This document shows positions 13,031-26,589 of a DNA stretch of 64,000 nucleotides, piece after piece. Numbering within the stretch: position 1 is the stretch's first letter; each line of letters begins with the position of its first letter. Source of the DNA: Vicugna vicugna (taxonomy: Eukaryota); the NCBI GenBank assembly GCA_013265495.1, contig MU058718.1, positions 1,426,001-1,490,000 on the forward strand, given 5' to 3'. Below the pieces are notes generated by a model. The model did not search any database, had not been told where the DNA came from, and saw only the letters and a list, made by a program, of their open reading frames with translations. Both the position numbers and the translations under genes were made by a program.

Positions 13031-13989
13031 TCACTTTCCTTCCAGGCCATACGGAAGCCTATCTCTCACACCACATCTTTCAGGGTAGTTTGTCAACTGG
13101 GTTTATGTTACAATAAAATATAACTTTCCTGCATGATTCCTTGATCTTGAACTGTTGTAGCTGATCAAGGCCTATTTATTGCCAGAGTATAAATGGAGGC
13201 AAATAATACACTTTGATCTCATTACACATGATCTGTTTTCAAGCTTGAGTTCCTGCAGTATACACTTGCTAAATATCATTGAATATTAAAGTGGCAGGAA
13301 AACATTTTACTTCATTTTTTTTTCTCAGCTAGAATAGCCAAGAAGAAGCAACTGAATTACAGTTGAATTTATAGGAAGAAATGTTATCACCAGGAAATTA
13401 TTGGATTTGATGTTATCATTTCTGTAATTACAAAAGAAATATCCATTCCACTGAAAGTTACCACAATATGGGAGTAATTGCTATGCTATTACAGAATAGT
13501 GGTATGATATGGTTATTCTTTTCATACAAACTATAAATTATGTACTAAACATAATATAATTTATAATAAAAAACTTAACATGACTTAAAGTAGCTACCAA
13601 ATCCAAGTGGAGCTCTGTGGTCGTTGCAAAGTAATTACATAATTATTTAAGCCTCACAAACTTAGAAATTACAAAGTACTTATGAAACACATTACCACAA
13701 GAAGCTAAATGGAACTTAAAATAGTTACTAACCCAATTTGGGTAATGTTTTTTGTTGCACTAAATGGCAATCCCATTATTATCTTTTTTTGAGATAGCAT
13801 CTAAGGTATGTTAACAAATGCTTCTCATTTGTCTTTATTCATACAATCCTAGACTCTCAATGTTAGAAGAAAACACTTAAACCAAGTTCTCTACCCAAAC
13901 TGTGGGCCTGTTCTGCAGCATTCAAGACAACTAGCTACTGGGCTTCTTGACTCAAGGCAGTCTGGAACTCCATAAATTAATAAGTGAAG

Positions 13990-14492
13990 TCAGTTAGTTG
14001 TTTAGGAGTCTTTGGTTGTGTGTGACAGGTGACCAACTCACATTTGCTTAAGGGAAAGAAGAAATTTACAAGTTCGGGTACTTGAAAAGCCCAAGGTTAC
14101 TGACTTGGAGACTGCTTTTATCTAGGTGTTCATGTTCTAAGTGTTCAATCTTTTTTTCAGTATCTACTTGCATTTCTTTGTTGGGTCTGTTCTCAGATAG
14201 ACTGTCCCTTTTTCTTTTTAGTGGCAAGGTGTCTGTCAGAAGATTCATGTAGAACCTACAGACTCAGTAATTCGAGTAGAGAGTGTTTCTCCTTCCCAGT
14301 AGTTCCAGGAAAGACCTGGAACATTCTGATTGGGATGTTTAGTATCACATGACCTTCCCTGAATCAATCACTATACACAGGTGTTCATGGGTCACATGAA
14401 CATGCCTAGAACCAGAAGGGTAGAGATTTTCCCAGAGGAATACTGTGACACTGTTAATGAAAGAAGAAAGAATGAATGCTGAGCAGAGGAAC
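13990..14492 (-). mobile_element. MaLR LTR (MLT1J/K/L-like)
   Basis: TTAGGAGTCTTTGGTTG...CCAACTCACATTTGCTTAAG...TCTGATTGG...ATCACATGACCTTCCCTGAATCAATCACT, reverse old MLT1 layout. Confidence 0.7.
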
Positions 14493-15040
14493 ACAACAGA
14501 TGTCCATGACAGGCAAGATTTATTACTCTTCCTCTAATAGAGATATTTCTCTTCTTTCTCTTTTATAGTGGAGGACCTCTGGGAGATGAATTCTGGTGAA
14601 AATAAAATGGATCCGGTCAACAAATTGGCCCCGGCTGGAAGCTGACATCCGTACTGTTGGCATTTACCACGAGCACACCAGAAGGGTAATTACAAGTTTA
14701 CAGAAGCTCTTCTTTTATTTTTTTCGTCCAAAATGCAGTTATTCTGGACACAATGTTCTTTAGCCTCAATCCACAGAGCATTGCTTCACCAGAACTAATC
14801 TTTCAAAAGTACTAAAAATTTTCTTCTGTCTTCTTTTTAAATAGTAGCCACACATGACTCAGGATCCCTGCAGGCAACATTCATTGTCTGCAGATCACTC
14901 TGGTGAACCACAAAGCGCTGCTACACATGCTGATGATCGTAGAATCACAGGGTAGAGGGAGAGGAACATCTTATACTTCTAGGGATGAAAGAGTAAATTG
15001 TGTACAGTTGCTAGAGAAGCTGGTCACTCTAGTTCTCAGG

Positions 15041-15610
15041 TGTAGTGGGCATCTGTTATTCCTTCTGGCTGCCAAGCGTCTAAACTTCTTTCTCAATGGA
15101 CAGTTGTCCACCTTATGGGTTTTGGTGTGAGGCACCAATATCTGTCATCACTGAAGCCAAAAATGCCCAAAGCTCACTTTCCCAATCCCTCTTGTAGCTA
15201 GTGTGTGGGCATGAGACCCAGGCACCATCAATCAAATGCCTCTACTCTGGTCTTTGACTAGGGAACCACGAATGCAAGTAAGGAAGCATTGAGACAGAGC
15301 TCCTTTGGCAGTGGAGACCATTGCTCTGAGATCAAGTTCTCGGAGCAAGAGAGCAGCAGGTCCAGCAGCTATGTTCATAGTCTGAGATCATTTGTGTCCA
15401 CAGCTCAAGTGCCTGTTTAGGGCTCAGCAGCAGTATTTCCAGGGTCATCCTCCCTGGACCCATTTTGCAGTACAACTTTGGTATTGTTCCTGACTGCGGC
15501 GCCTCTGAGCCTGGATCTCCAGCCCTCCTAGAGTTTCTGTGAGCTCCTCATTATCAATTTTTTATCTGAAATAAGCCAGCATCAGTATCTGTTGCTTGCA
15601 TCCCCAAATC
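15041..15610 (+). mobile_element. ERVL-class solo LTR (LTR16/LTR33-like)
   Basis: Starts TGTAGTGGGCATCTGTT; TCCCTCTTGTAGCTAG...GGGCATGAGACCCAGG; ends AAATAAGCCAGCATCAGTATCTGTTGCTTGCA. Confidence 0.65.
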
Positions 15611-15632
15611 AAGGCAGTCCAGAAAGGCTTTC

Positions 15633-15825
15633 CAGCATAGTGGTTAAGGGAATTGGCTGCAGTCTTATCTCTCAGCAAACTCTTTGATTTTGCTTAAGAT
15701 ACATAACTGTTTTCATTCATAGTCACCTTTGTGAAATGGAGAGAATGATATCTACTTCCTGAGATTTGTTGCAAAGCAAAGCACTCAGCATATCTCCAGA
15801 CATAGTGAAGTCTTAACATGAGCTT
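15633..15825 (+). mobile_element. MIR
   Basis: CAGCATAGTGGTTAAGGG...TGTGAAATGGAGAGAATGATATCTACTTCCTGAGATTTGTTG...AAAGCACTCAGCA. Confidence 0.65.
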
Positions 15826-17609
15826 TTAAAATTATGAGAGAATTCTCAGTGCAGTGGCATGACTTCTGAGTTACAAGAAGCATTTACTATCATAGAATGA
15901 TGAAGTGAGAGATTTATATTTAAAAACTAAAGTTCTGTCATAAAGAACATTTAAGTATTTTTAAAATTTTGTATTTTTCTAATCTGTTTAAATAAGTTTA
16001 TTAACAGTGGTGGCCTTAATAAAGGGTGGGCGAAAGCTGAGCTTGGTGAAAATGACTTTTAGATGTTTCTAAGGTATCTTCCTGTGGGGATGAGTGCCCC
16101 CCACTGGGTTAGCTGACAGTTTTGATCACTATAAAAATGTAAAAATACCTGTTGTGTACTTTAGTATGAATGATGGATCTGCTCAGATATTGGTGTAAAG
16201 TATGGAACAGAAGGGAATGCCTTGTGAATCCTGAGAAGGAGTGGGGGCCTCACAACTGAATTAGAAGGGAAATTATGTGAGAAGTGCTGGGCCGCCTTCC
16301 ATGGGAAGAGTATATTTTCCGTCCTACCTTCACTCTCCTAAAATTGGTGATTGACTCCTGTTTTGCTATGGAATTTTCCTGAGGAACCAAAAACGTATGT
16401 GCTTATTTTCATTTAAGACTATAATTAAGGCAGAAAATGCTCCCCCAACTCTTACAGGCACACCCCCCCGAATACTCACACAATTGTACCAGAAATTGGG
16501 GGTGACCACAGCCACATTAGAAGGGTTAAGAAAGAAGAGGGAGAAACAAAGCCCATGTTACTAAGTTAATAACCAGAAGAACATCTAAATAGGGGCAGTT
16601 CCCTTGCAATACCACACACTATTTCTTAAACAGAGCGATTCTGTGGTTTGTAATCAAGTGTCTGAATTCCGAATTTATAGGCCCCAGGATGGTAAGTGTG
16701 GTTATATGGTATTTAGCAATTTTGTGTGGTGTTGTGCTAAATATGGAAAAGTCAGAGAAGTATTTCAGTGCTTTCCCTTTGAGTCTACTCTGAAAGTTGG
16801 GTTTAGTGATGGCTAAAAAAACCCAATCAGCCCGGCAAGGGGCAATCAGGTTTATCTATTTTGGAACTTTAACTTCATGTGAGGAATATCTTTTTTAACT
16901 ATTTTTAAATTGACTTCTTCCTTTTTTTTGCTCATGAAATTGCAGTCATTTCTTGAAATCTTGAAATACCTAATACATGGAGAAGAATTTTTGTTCCTTA
17001 TACCAAAAATGATGTCCTAATATTTACAATCTGATCAAGGGTCACAGATGAGGTCTCCTTACCACACCTGGGGGTTTTAAGCACAGGATAAAGGCTCACT
17101 AGCCAGAGCTTTGGGCTCTAAAAGCATTTCTCAAAGTGGTTGGGGGTCAGAACTTGCACTGGAAAGAACTTGGAGTCTGGGGTTCAAAGATTTGCTCTGC
17201 CACTCTCTTGATATGGAATTTGGGAAACAATGCAGTGACCTGTAGCAGCTTTCTAAACCTAATGTTTCTCAAGGGTGGGACTGTAGACTTGATATAAAAT
17301 TAACATGTTCACGCTTTCTGTGCCAAACCCCACTCTTTCGGGATCTGTGGTGGTTTAGAAATTGCAAAATTAATGATATTTTAAATTATCTTTTAACTCA
17401 GTTAAAAACTCACACAAGGCGTTTGGTCTCAAATCATATTAACGTACTCCAGTCTTCCACCATTTTTACCATGCTTGGTTCCAAGAGTCTTTTGACTATG
17501 TTTAAAACTCAAATTCATCATGAAGTAAAAAGATCCATTACTATTGAGTATATTAAATGAACGTACCTTAGGTTCTAAAAGCATTTCCAAATAAATGTTT
17601 TGAGTCGAC

Positions 17610-17815
17610 ATGATAGAATAAGGACATGAGCTTTAGTCTCTAATTGAGTTTTGACATCAGCTGACCAAGCTGATGCCCTTTTGGGGCAAGCTACTTAGTT
17701 TTCTCATCTATAAAATAAAGATGACAATGCTTACCTCCTACGAATGCTTTAAGATCAGGGATTATAAACCAAGTTCATAGCAGGATCCAGCACATGGTAG
17801 GCATTCCATAACTAT
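17610..17815 (+). mobile_element. MIR
   Basis: TTGGGGCAAGCTACTTAGTTTTCTCATCTATAAAATAAAGATGACAATGCTTACCTC, MIR core. Confidence 0.65.
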
Positions 17816-18739
17816 AACAAAACAGAAAAGTTAATATGATTTTCCTACATGTGCAGTTGCCTAAGGTAACTACTTGAAGGAAAAATTACTTGTTTACGTG
17901 TATAAGTTGTGGTCAGTGTTTTAAAGATTCAGTTTGATTTCACTATGGTTAAATTGAGTGTGAACTATTGAGATTCTATAGAGACTTCTTAGATGGCTGT
18001 TTCCTAAGAAAACCCTCCCTTTTGAGTTCAGGTATTCAATCGCTGATTCAACAATGCCCTTAAACATCTTCATCACTGCAGTTTATTCGAAATGTCACCA
18101 GATAGTGAACTTCAGAGTTCAGAATGTTGCTATGTTGGCCTGCCCTTTCCTCTCCTAGCCAGAATCCCCAAGAACAACTGAAAAGCTAGACAGATATTCT
18201 TATCATAGAGATACAAACCACCATAATGTAAAATGGTGTTAAAGCCATGCTTGTGATGTGATGGTGGCAACTAGCCTTTCCCTTCCTGCAAAGTTCCTGG
18301 CCTTGCCCCAGTTTGTCACTATCCTGAGGATGGTGGAAAGATTGGAAGTTCTTCCCCTGGACATTTCCTTGCTTCTGAGGCTGCTTTCTCCCCTGTGTCC
18401 TGTGTCCTTGATTCCAGACGACACTGAGGAGCTGCTGCCTGCCCCCAGCCCTGTGCCTGTCCTTCTTTCCTGGATTCCAGACAGGGCTCACTAATTCCTG
18501 GGGGGAAGTGTCTTTATACCATCATCCTCATGATCAGCATGTTCCTTTGCTGGTCAGACAGTCAGTCCTGGTCTCCTATGTGCTCACTCCTCTCGGGTTC
18601 TGCCCATTGCCCCTCCCCATGGTGCTCACCGAAGTCAAGCTATCCATTGGTTGAATATCTGCCATATTCCATGACATAACTTTCTAAGCAATGTGAGTGA
18701 GGCAAGTGCAAAAGTTTTGAAAAGTGAAAAAGGTGAGAA

Positions 18740-19330
18740 AATAATCAATTTGACCTGGAGAGACCTAGGCAGACTTCACAGGGAAGCTGGGACTTGAAGA
18801 TGAATAAGAACAGGGCAAAGAGAGGAGGGAATGAAATTTCAGGCAGAAGGAATGAAAGAACTGAAAACATAAGAATCCACGGGGTCAGAAAAGAATGTTC
18901 ATTCTGAGTGGTGTGTTGAATACGTGGTGAAGAATAGCTGGAGATGAGACTGGGAAGGGAAGTTGGGGTCAAACCAGAAGGGGCTACATAGGCCAGTCTA
19001 TGTAGTTCACATCGACACTGTGGGCAACAGGAAGTCATCAACAATGCTGGACAGGGGAGTGATATGATAGAGCTGCACTTCAGAGATGACTGATTTAGTA
19101 CTATGAGAGCAAATTAGAAAGAGTCTAGCGATAGGGAAATTAGTCAAGAGTTCACTTGAGAAATCCAAGCTAGCAAAAAAGAGAGTTTCAACTATAGGTA
19201 GCGAGGGAAAAAGAGGAGGAGATTGAATTAAGAGACACTTCAAAGGAGAGAGACACAGGGGGAGATGACTAATTGAAACTGGAAAAATAGAAGCAGCCAA
19301 AGGTGATTCACAGATGACTTTTTTACTTCC
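18740..19330 (-). mobile_element. LINE-2 fragment
   Basis: Purine-rich reverse L2 text: CAGGGGAGTGATATGATAGAGCTGCACTTCAGAGATGACT; ORFs 18745..19044 and 19007..19423 are L2-derived. Confidence 0.75.
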
Positions 19331-19554
19331 TGCATTCTCTGTATAGCTGGATCTATATCTTGAATATAAGATATCTTGCATAGATAAGTACAGATGTAGG
19401 TATATAGATACAGGTGTCTTCATCTTACTTTCTTCACCTGTACCCTTTGTTTAATCTAAACACCTGCATATAATAAATGATGAAGCAATCAGTATTTGCA
19501 CAATAGACTTGAAGAGCTTCAAGGAGCTCATCATTTTCTCAGAAGAGCTGGGCA

Positions 19555-19725
19555 TCTGGAATAAGTTACAGGGAGGTTATGGAATTTTCTTCCCTGGAGG
19601 TCTTTTACAACAAGCTAGATACCCATCTATCCGTGATGGCTTAGGTGTGGTCCTCTCTGAAGCCTGGGAGGTGGCTGATTTGAGTTCTTGTGATCTCTTC
19701 CAGGCCTACAGTTCTGTGTTCTACA
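19555..19725 (+). mobile_element. CR1/L3-class LINE 3' end
   Basis: GGTTATGGAATTTTCTTCCCTGGAGGTCTTTTACAACAAGCTAGATACCCATCT...TCTCTTCCAGGCCTACAGTTCTGTGTTCT resembles the CR1 RT end and tail. Confidence 0.6.
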
Positions 19726-19883
19726 TCATTTTATGGCTTAACCCCAAGGTATATTATTCATTGATAAAATAAATAATAAGATAAAACTTAGGATTTTTTA
19801 TGGACACTGTCATAGAATGTATTCTGGAAAGTCTAAAATTAACTAATGAGTCAACTGAATAAATTATGAATAGTTTTATGGAT

Positions 19884-20171
19884 CAGGATTTCCCAGAGTA
19901 TGTTTGATGGAACTAGTGCTGTAATATTCTTGCTCCAAAAAATGAGAAATGATGAAAATTCACAGTATACATTAGTATACAAAAGTCCTGAGATGTCCTA
20001 TAGGACAAAAAGCTTTTAAAATATTCACCTAGAATTCATCGAATCTTTTAGCAGAAATTAAGAGATATATGTATCTCTAACTATATATATGACTGTCAAT
20101 CTATCTATCATCTATCTACTTAAATTTCCTATGAAAATGGTCTTTCATAAAACACATTTTGGTAAACATTA
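19884..20171 (+). mobile_element. hAT-Charlie MITE (MER103-like)
   Basis: Degenerate TIRs CAGGATTTCCCAGAGTATGTT / AACACATTTTGGTAAACATT; internal ATTCACAGTATACATTAGTATACAAAAGTCCTGAGATGTCCT. Confidence 0.65.
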
Positions 20172-20269
20172 TTCTGACTTATTCTTTATATCAGAAAAAC
20201 ATCTGGGTTGGGTGAATCACCAATAACATCTAAGCCTGTCTAAGAATGATCTTTGGTTAATCTGATAAT

Positions 20270-20422
20270 TGAGTTATTTTAAAATTACAGTTTGCTTCTC
20301 TATAAAATGGAGATAATAACACCTACCTCATAAGGTTGTTAGGAGAATTAAGTAAAATGAAATGTGTAAAGCACCTGGCACCCAGCCTGTACCTTGTAAG
20401 TGCTCCGTAAATGTTAGCTTCC
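20270..20422 (+). mobile_element. MIR
   Basis: TATAAAATGGAGATAATAACACCTACCTCATAAGGTTGTTAGGAGAATTAAG...TGTAAAGCACCTGGCAC, clear MIR core and tail. Confidence 0.85.
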
Positions 20423-20677
20423 TACCCTTTGATTCTCCATTAAGTTTTGGTATCTAATACATCTTAAAAATAAATAGTTTGGTACAGAAATGCTTAGGCA
20501 ATTAAAACCATTTGCTTTGGCCAGGAAACTGATTTGCTATCCTGTGTTAAATTAAAATGCAGAAGCTCAAGTGATTTTCCTTCAGTAACCACAACAGTAT
20601 GGAAATGTGCATGCGTGTGCATAAGGACCACTTATTAAAATAATATTTGTTTCCTTTTTTAAAGATTATGAATTTGA

Positions 20678-21162
20678 TTTTTTAAAATTGAAGTATAGTT
20701 GATTTACAATGTTTCAGGTGTATAACAAAGTGATTCAGTTATATATATATACACACACACACACATATATATATTCCTTTTCAGATTATTTTCTATTATA
20801 GGCTATTATGAGATATTGAACATAGTTCTCTGTGTTATACAGTAGGACCTTGTTGTTTATCTATTTTATATATAGTAGTGTTAATCTGTTAATCCCCAAT
20901 TCCCAATTTTTCTCTCCTCCTCTTTCCCCTTTGGTAACCGTAAGTAACCATAACCATAAGTTGTGTTTTCTATGTCTGTGAGTCTATTTCTGTTTTGTAA
21001 ATAAGTTCATCTGTATCAATTTTTTGATTCCACATACAAGTGATACCACATGATATTTGTCTTTCTCTGTCTGACTTACTTCACTTAGTATGATCATCTC
21101 TAAGTCATCCATGTTGCTGCAAATGGCATTACTTCATTCTTTTTATAGCTGATTAATATTCC

Positions 21163-21195
<33 letters not shown>

Positions 21196-21607
21196 TACAT
21201 CTTCTTTGTCCAGTCATTGGCTGATGGACATTTAGATTGCTTCCATGTCTTGGCTATTGGAAATAGTGCTGCTATGAACATTGGGGTGCATGTATCTTTT
21301 CAAATTAGAATTTTCATCTTTCTCAGATATACCCAGGAATGGGATTGTTTGATCATATGGTGGTTCTAGTTTTAGTTTTTTAAGGATTCTCCATACTGTT
21401 CTCTACAGTAGCCCCACCAATTTACATTCCCACCAACAGCGTAGAAGGATTCCCTTTTCTCCATATCCTCTCCAACATGTGTTATTTGTAGACTTGTTGA
21501 TGATGGCCATTCTGACTGGTGTGAGGTGGTACCTCATTGTAGTTTTGATATGCATTTCTCTGATAATTAGCAACATGGTGTATCTTTTCATGTGCTTGTT
21601 GGCCATC
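20678..21607 (-). mobile_element. LINE-1 3' end (L1MA9/artiodactyl-type)
   Basis: ORF 21403..21609 (ANKHMKR...[17 protein letters not shown]...CWWECKLV) is the ORF2 C-terminus; 3' UTR begins TTGAAGTATAGTTGATTTACAATG. Confidence 0.92.
21165..21192. repeat. (TG)14 microsatellite within the L1 3' UTR
   Basis: Counted directly. Confidence 0.95.
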
Positions 21608-21651
21608 AAAAGAATATTTGTAATAAGTGGTGAGATTGTGGGTGGTTTGTT

Positions 21652-22082
21652 TCATTTTTTTTTCATTTAACAGACTTTATGTTTTAGAACAGTTTTAGCT
21701 CACAGGAAAACTGAGGAGAAAGTACAGAGAGTTCCCACATATCCCCTTCCCCACACACATATTGCCTCCCCTACAGTCAACATCCTACACAGTGTGGTAC
21801 ATCTATTGCAATCAGTGAACCAACAATGACACATCATTATCAACCAAGGTCCATAGTTTACATTAGGCTTCACTCTTTGTGTTGTGCATTGTGTGGGTTT
21901 TGACAAACATGTAATGACATTTATTCACCCTTACAACGTTAAACAGAATAGGTTAGCTGCCTTAAAAATCCTCTGTGCTTCACCTATTTATCCTCTTCTC
22001 CCAAGCCCCTAGCAACCACTGATCTTTCTATATAAAATGGTATGTAGCCTTTTAAGGCTGATTTCTTTTTCTTAGTAATATT
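21652..22082 (-). mobile_element. LINE-1 (L1MB-type) 3' UTR
   Basis: AGACTTTATGTTTTAGAACAGTTTTAG...AAGTACAGAGAGTTCCCA...GTCCATAGTTTACATTAGG; same family text as 42280-42620 on the other strand. Confidence 0.85.
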
Positions 22083-22087
22083 CTAAA

Positions 22088-22187
22088 CCCACTTTTAAAT
22101 CCTTCCAACTGATTAAGTCAAGCTCACCTGGGATAATCTCCCTTTTCATTAACAAAAAGTCAGCTGATTAGGGATTTTGATTACATT
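22088..22187 (-). mobile_element. MaLR LTR fragment (MLT1D-like)
   Basis: CTGATTAAGTCAAGCTCACCTGGGATAATCTCCCTTT...AAAGTCAGCTGATTAGGGATTTTGATTACAT. Confidence 0.65.
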
Positions 22188-22544
22188 GACTTTAAGGGTT
22201 TTTTTAAACTGTCTTATTAGAATGTCTTTTAAATGTAAGAAAATAAATTGAAAATCAACAAGCAGAAGAAACAAACCAAAGAAAAATAATGAATATCATG
22301 AGTCAGGAACTCTGTGCTGGAGCGTTCCAGCCATACTTGCTACCCATGTCCCCAAACTGTTGAGTTTCACCTCCTGGCAGACAATTTCAAGTTTGTCCTA
22401 CTCTTCTTGTTTCCTCCTTGCTGCTGGCCCCGGGCTCCTGCTTTTCTCTTCCAGGAGCTCAACACTTTTTTTTTTTTCAGGGTTTTCTTTGATTCTAAAG
22501 CTGCAGTCAGTGAATTCAGAAAACCTAAGGGAGGACATAGAAAT

Positions 22545-22810
22545 CATTCCTATTTATTTAGCAATTACTGTGTGCCAGGCACTTCACTAAACATTCTACA
22601 TATATTATTTCATTTAATCTTCATATCAATGCTGTGAGATAGATGTGTGTGTATCTATAGCTATAGCTATAATCTCCATTTTAGAGATGTGCAGCTGAGG
22701 CTGAGAGAGGTTAAATGACTTTACTAATGGCACACAGGTAAGGATTAGCAGAACCAGGATTCAAATCCAGGATGGCTGGTTTCCAAATCCTTTGTACTTA
22801 ACACTTCCTT
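22545..22810 (-). mobile_element. MIR, near full length
   Basis: TTACTGTGTGCCAGGCAC...CATTTAATCTTCA...CCATTTTAGAGATG...CTGAGGCTGAGAGAGGTTAAATGACTT...CCAGGATTCAAATCCAGG. Confidence 0.88.
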
Positions 22811-24999
22811 ATACTCAGAATGGTCGCCTAGCTTCTGCCCTCTCCCTGAAGCACTCACTGGCTGCATTCCTGACCTACAACCCTGTCACAAGGTTTCCAG
22901 ACCCACAGGGAAAACGTTTGTGGGCCCCACAGTTCTGTTTCTTAGAACAGAGCCTATTTTAAATTGAGCTGAATGGTATTGAGTTGGCTTCCAATTTTTA
23001 TGTGTGATTTGACTTTTGATTAGAAAAAAAAAAAAGGAGCTAGGACAAGATTGTAATAAAAAACAAAATGCTGCACCAAGCTCTAGTTTAGGGTACACTG
23101 ATAAACAGAGCCTAGAAAACTATGCTACACAAAAATCACAGAAAACAATTTTAGGCTATAATTTTCTGAATTTGAATTTTTAAATATGGTTCTTTAAAAA
23201 AATCAGCTCTCTAAAGGGATAATGTGCATATACTAAAATTCATCAATTTTAACAGTTCAGAATATTGGCAAATGTAAGCACTCATGTAACCACCATTGCA
23301 ATCAATATGTACAATATTTCCATTACGCCAAAAGCACCTCCCACTTTTGCCCTCTTTGCTTCTCAATGTCTGCAAAAAAAAACTTGCTGGGATTTTTGCT
23401 TGGGAATTCATTCACTCTATGGAAAAATTTGTGAATAATTCACATTTTCACTATATGGAGTTTGCCAACTGTCTCTCCATTCATTTGTTTTCTTTCATTT
23501 TTTACAGCAATATTTTGTAATCTTCCTTGTACATGTTTTACACACCACTTACTATGTTTATCCATATCTCACATCTTTCATGCTATTGTAAATGGCATTG
23601 GTTTTTAAATTTCAAGTTCAAATATTATGCAGATTGTTAGCACATAGAAATACAATTGATTTTTGTATCTTGACCTTTTATTCTGTAGTCTCGCTAAATT
23701 GCTAAATTCACTTATTAGTTTTAGTAGGTTTTTGGGGAAGATTCCTTGGGATTTTATACATAGAAATTCATTGTCATATACTAATCAAGAAAGTTTTACC
23801 TATTCTTTTCCAGTGTATATGACTTTCATTGGTTAAGATATATTACCCTTTTTATATGTTTCGGGCTTCAAATTATTAATGTTTTGCTAAAGATTTTTGC
23901 ATCTATGTTTACAAAAGATCAGGATGTATAATTTTCTTTTCTAATAATATCTTTCTATTGCTGTGGTAACAGGTTAATGATAGCCTCCTAAAATAAGGTG
24001 GGAAACATCCCTTCCTCTTTTGTTTCCTGGAAGAGTTTATGTAGGATTGGTATTATTTCTTCCTTAAACACCTAATACAATTTATCAGTGAAGTTATCTG
24101 GGCCTAGGGTTTTCTTTTGAGGGGATACTTTAACTCTGATTTCAATTTTTAAAAATAGATGAAGGATTATTTAGCTCATCTGTTCTGAGTAAACTTTGGT
24201 ACTTTGTTTTTCAAAAAATGTCAGTCATTCCATCCTGTTGAATTTATTGGTATACAGTTGTTTATAATATTGCCTTATATTTCTCTTAACATCGCTAGGC
24301 TCTATAGTTGTATGTCCTTTTTTATTCCTGATGGTGGTAATTTGCATCTCCTTTTTTTCCTCATCAGCCTTAATCAATTAGATTAAGATTAATCAATATT
24401 ATGAATTTTTTCAAATTACCAGCATTTGGCTTTATTATTTTTTTCTATTGCTTTGGCAGTTCCATTTTTTTATGTTTCATTGGTTTTTGTACCTGTCTTT
24501 ATTTTTACTTCCTTCTACTTAAGTTAACTATTGATTATCTCCTTTTTCTAGTTTCCTCAGGTGGAAATTTTGATCATTGATTTTATAACTTTTTCTTTGT
24601 AACATGTAATCATTTTATGCCATACATTTTTCTTTAAGTATACTACTTTAGATCAGTCTCACATCTTGATATGTTGTATAGTCTTTTTCATTCACATCAG
24701 ATTATTTTCTAATTTCCCTTGTGTTTACGTTTTGAGCCATGAGTTATTTAGATATGAGCCACTTAATTTCTATGTATAGATTTTCCAGAAGTATTTTTCA
24801 AAATTAGTTTCTTGTTTGATGTCACCATTGTCAGAGAAAATACTCTGTAAATATTTAAATCCTTAACAATTATTTGAAACCTGTTTTATGGCCCAGAATA
24901 CTGCCTATCTGTGAATGTTTCATGTATACTTTACAAGATTATGTAGTATGCTATTGTTAGGAGGAGTGCTATATAAATAAACTTAGATTAAGTTCATAC

Positions 25000-25195
25000 C
25001 TTAATCAGCTGGGGCTGCCATTAAAAAATACCACAGATTGGATGGCTTAAGCAGTACACATTTATTTCTCACACAACTGGAGGCTAGGGAGTTCAACATC
25101 AAGGTTGCCAGCAAATTCAGTGTCTAGTGAGGACTCTTCCTGATTTGCAGATGGCCACCTTCTTGCTGTTTCCTCACATGATGGAGATCTGGGAG
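25000..25195 (-). mobile_element. MaLR LTR fragment (MLT1A-like) nested in L1
   Basis: GGGCTGCCATTAAAAAATACCACAGATTGGATGGCTTAAG...TTTATTTCTCACA...TTGCAGATGGCCACCTTCTTGCTG. Confidence 0.8.
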
Positions 25196-25681
25196 TAAGA
25201 GAAAGCTACTTTATCCTTGGTAATACTTTTTTATTCTTGGTAATATTGTTTATTCTGAAGTTTGCTTTGTCTGCTATTAATATATTCATCCCAGCTTCGT
25301 TTCAATTAGTATTTTGTGTTATATATTTTTGTGAATTTTTACTTGAACCTATGTCTTTATAGTTAAAGTGGGATTCTTATAGAGAATGTAATAATATTTT
25401 GCTTTTGTATCCAATCTGACACTCTGACTTTTAATTGGAATGTTTGGAAAAATTTAAACTTAATGTAATTATCAATAAGCTTGGGTATAATTTTGCTATC
25501 TAGCTATAAGTTTTCCATTTATTCTATCTGGTATTTTTTTATTTTTTGTACTCTTCTCCTACCTTCTGCATTACCTGAGTATTTATTATAAAATTATTTT
25601 ATCTCCCTTACTGGTTTGTGAACTACACATTTTTGTTTTGCTTTGTTATTATTATTACTATTACTATTGGTTACTCAAGAA

Positions 25682-25888
25682 CAGGAGGTGCAAACTTTTT
25701 TCTGTAAAGGGTCAGATATTAAATATTTTAAGTTTCTGTTGCAGCTACTCAACTTTGCCACTGTAGTTGAAAAGCATCCATGGACATCATGTAAAGGAAT
25801 GGATGTGGCTGTGCTCCAATAAAACTTTAACTACAAAAATAGGTAGTAAGCCAGATTTGACCCACAGGCTATAATTTGCCAGTTCCAG
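25682..25888 (+). mobile_element. hAT-Charlie MITE (MER58A-like)
   Basis: CAGGAGGTGCAAACTTTTTTCTGTAAAGGGTCAGATA...GGATGTGGCTGTGCTCCAATAAAACTTTA...ATAATTTGCCAGTTCCAG. Confidence 0.85.
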
Positions 25889-26589
25889 TTGTAAGTTTTG
25901 CAATATATATCTTTAAATTATCACATTCTAAATTAAAATAATAGTATACTATTTTATAGTGTAACAGCTTTGCAAAATTATGCTTTCACTTCTTACTTCC
26001 CAGACATGGTCCTATTCCCATCATATATTTTAAACTTAATGCCATATTCTCCATGATACCTTGTTATTACTTTGCTTCAAACTTTATCTTTTAAAAAGAT
26101 TAAAAATGAGGAGAAATGCCTCTTAAAAATTGACCCACATATTTCCACTTCTTGCCTTCTTTATTTTATTGTCTAAATCCACATTTCCATTTGGTATCAT
26201 TTTACTTCTGCCTGTAGAATGTCTTCTAACATTTCTTAAAGTTAAGGTCTGAAAATGGTTCATTCCACTTTCATTAGGTTGAAAAAATATTTCTCCTAGG
26301 TTTTTGAAGACTTTAGCTGGGTACAGAAGTCTTCATAGACAGTTTTTCAGCACTTTAGAGATACTATTCCATTGTCTTTGAGCCTTCATTGTTTTTGATG
26401 AGAAGTCTGTAAACATTCTTTGCCCCTTGGTACATAAGTCTTTTTTTCTCTATTTTTAAGATTCTTTATTTACCTTTTTTTTTAAAGAAATTTGATTACA
26501 GTGTGTCTTTATGTGATTTTCTTTATGTATTTCTGCTTGAAGTTCACTGATATTCCTATCTGAGTTTAAAGTTTTTAACCACATTAAAA

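Noticed and set aside
18186..18494. Overlapping ORFs suggesting a coding exon or pseudogene
   Set aside because: Pyrimidine-rich biased composition, no recognisable protein, and no convincing splice-site pair or poly(A)/TSD.
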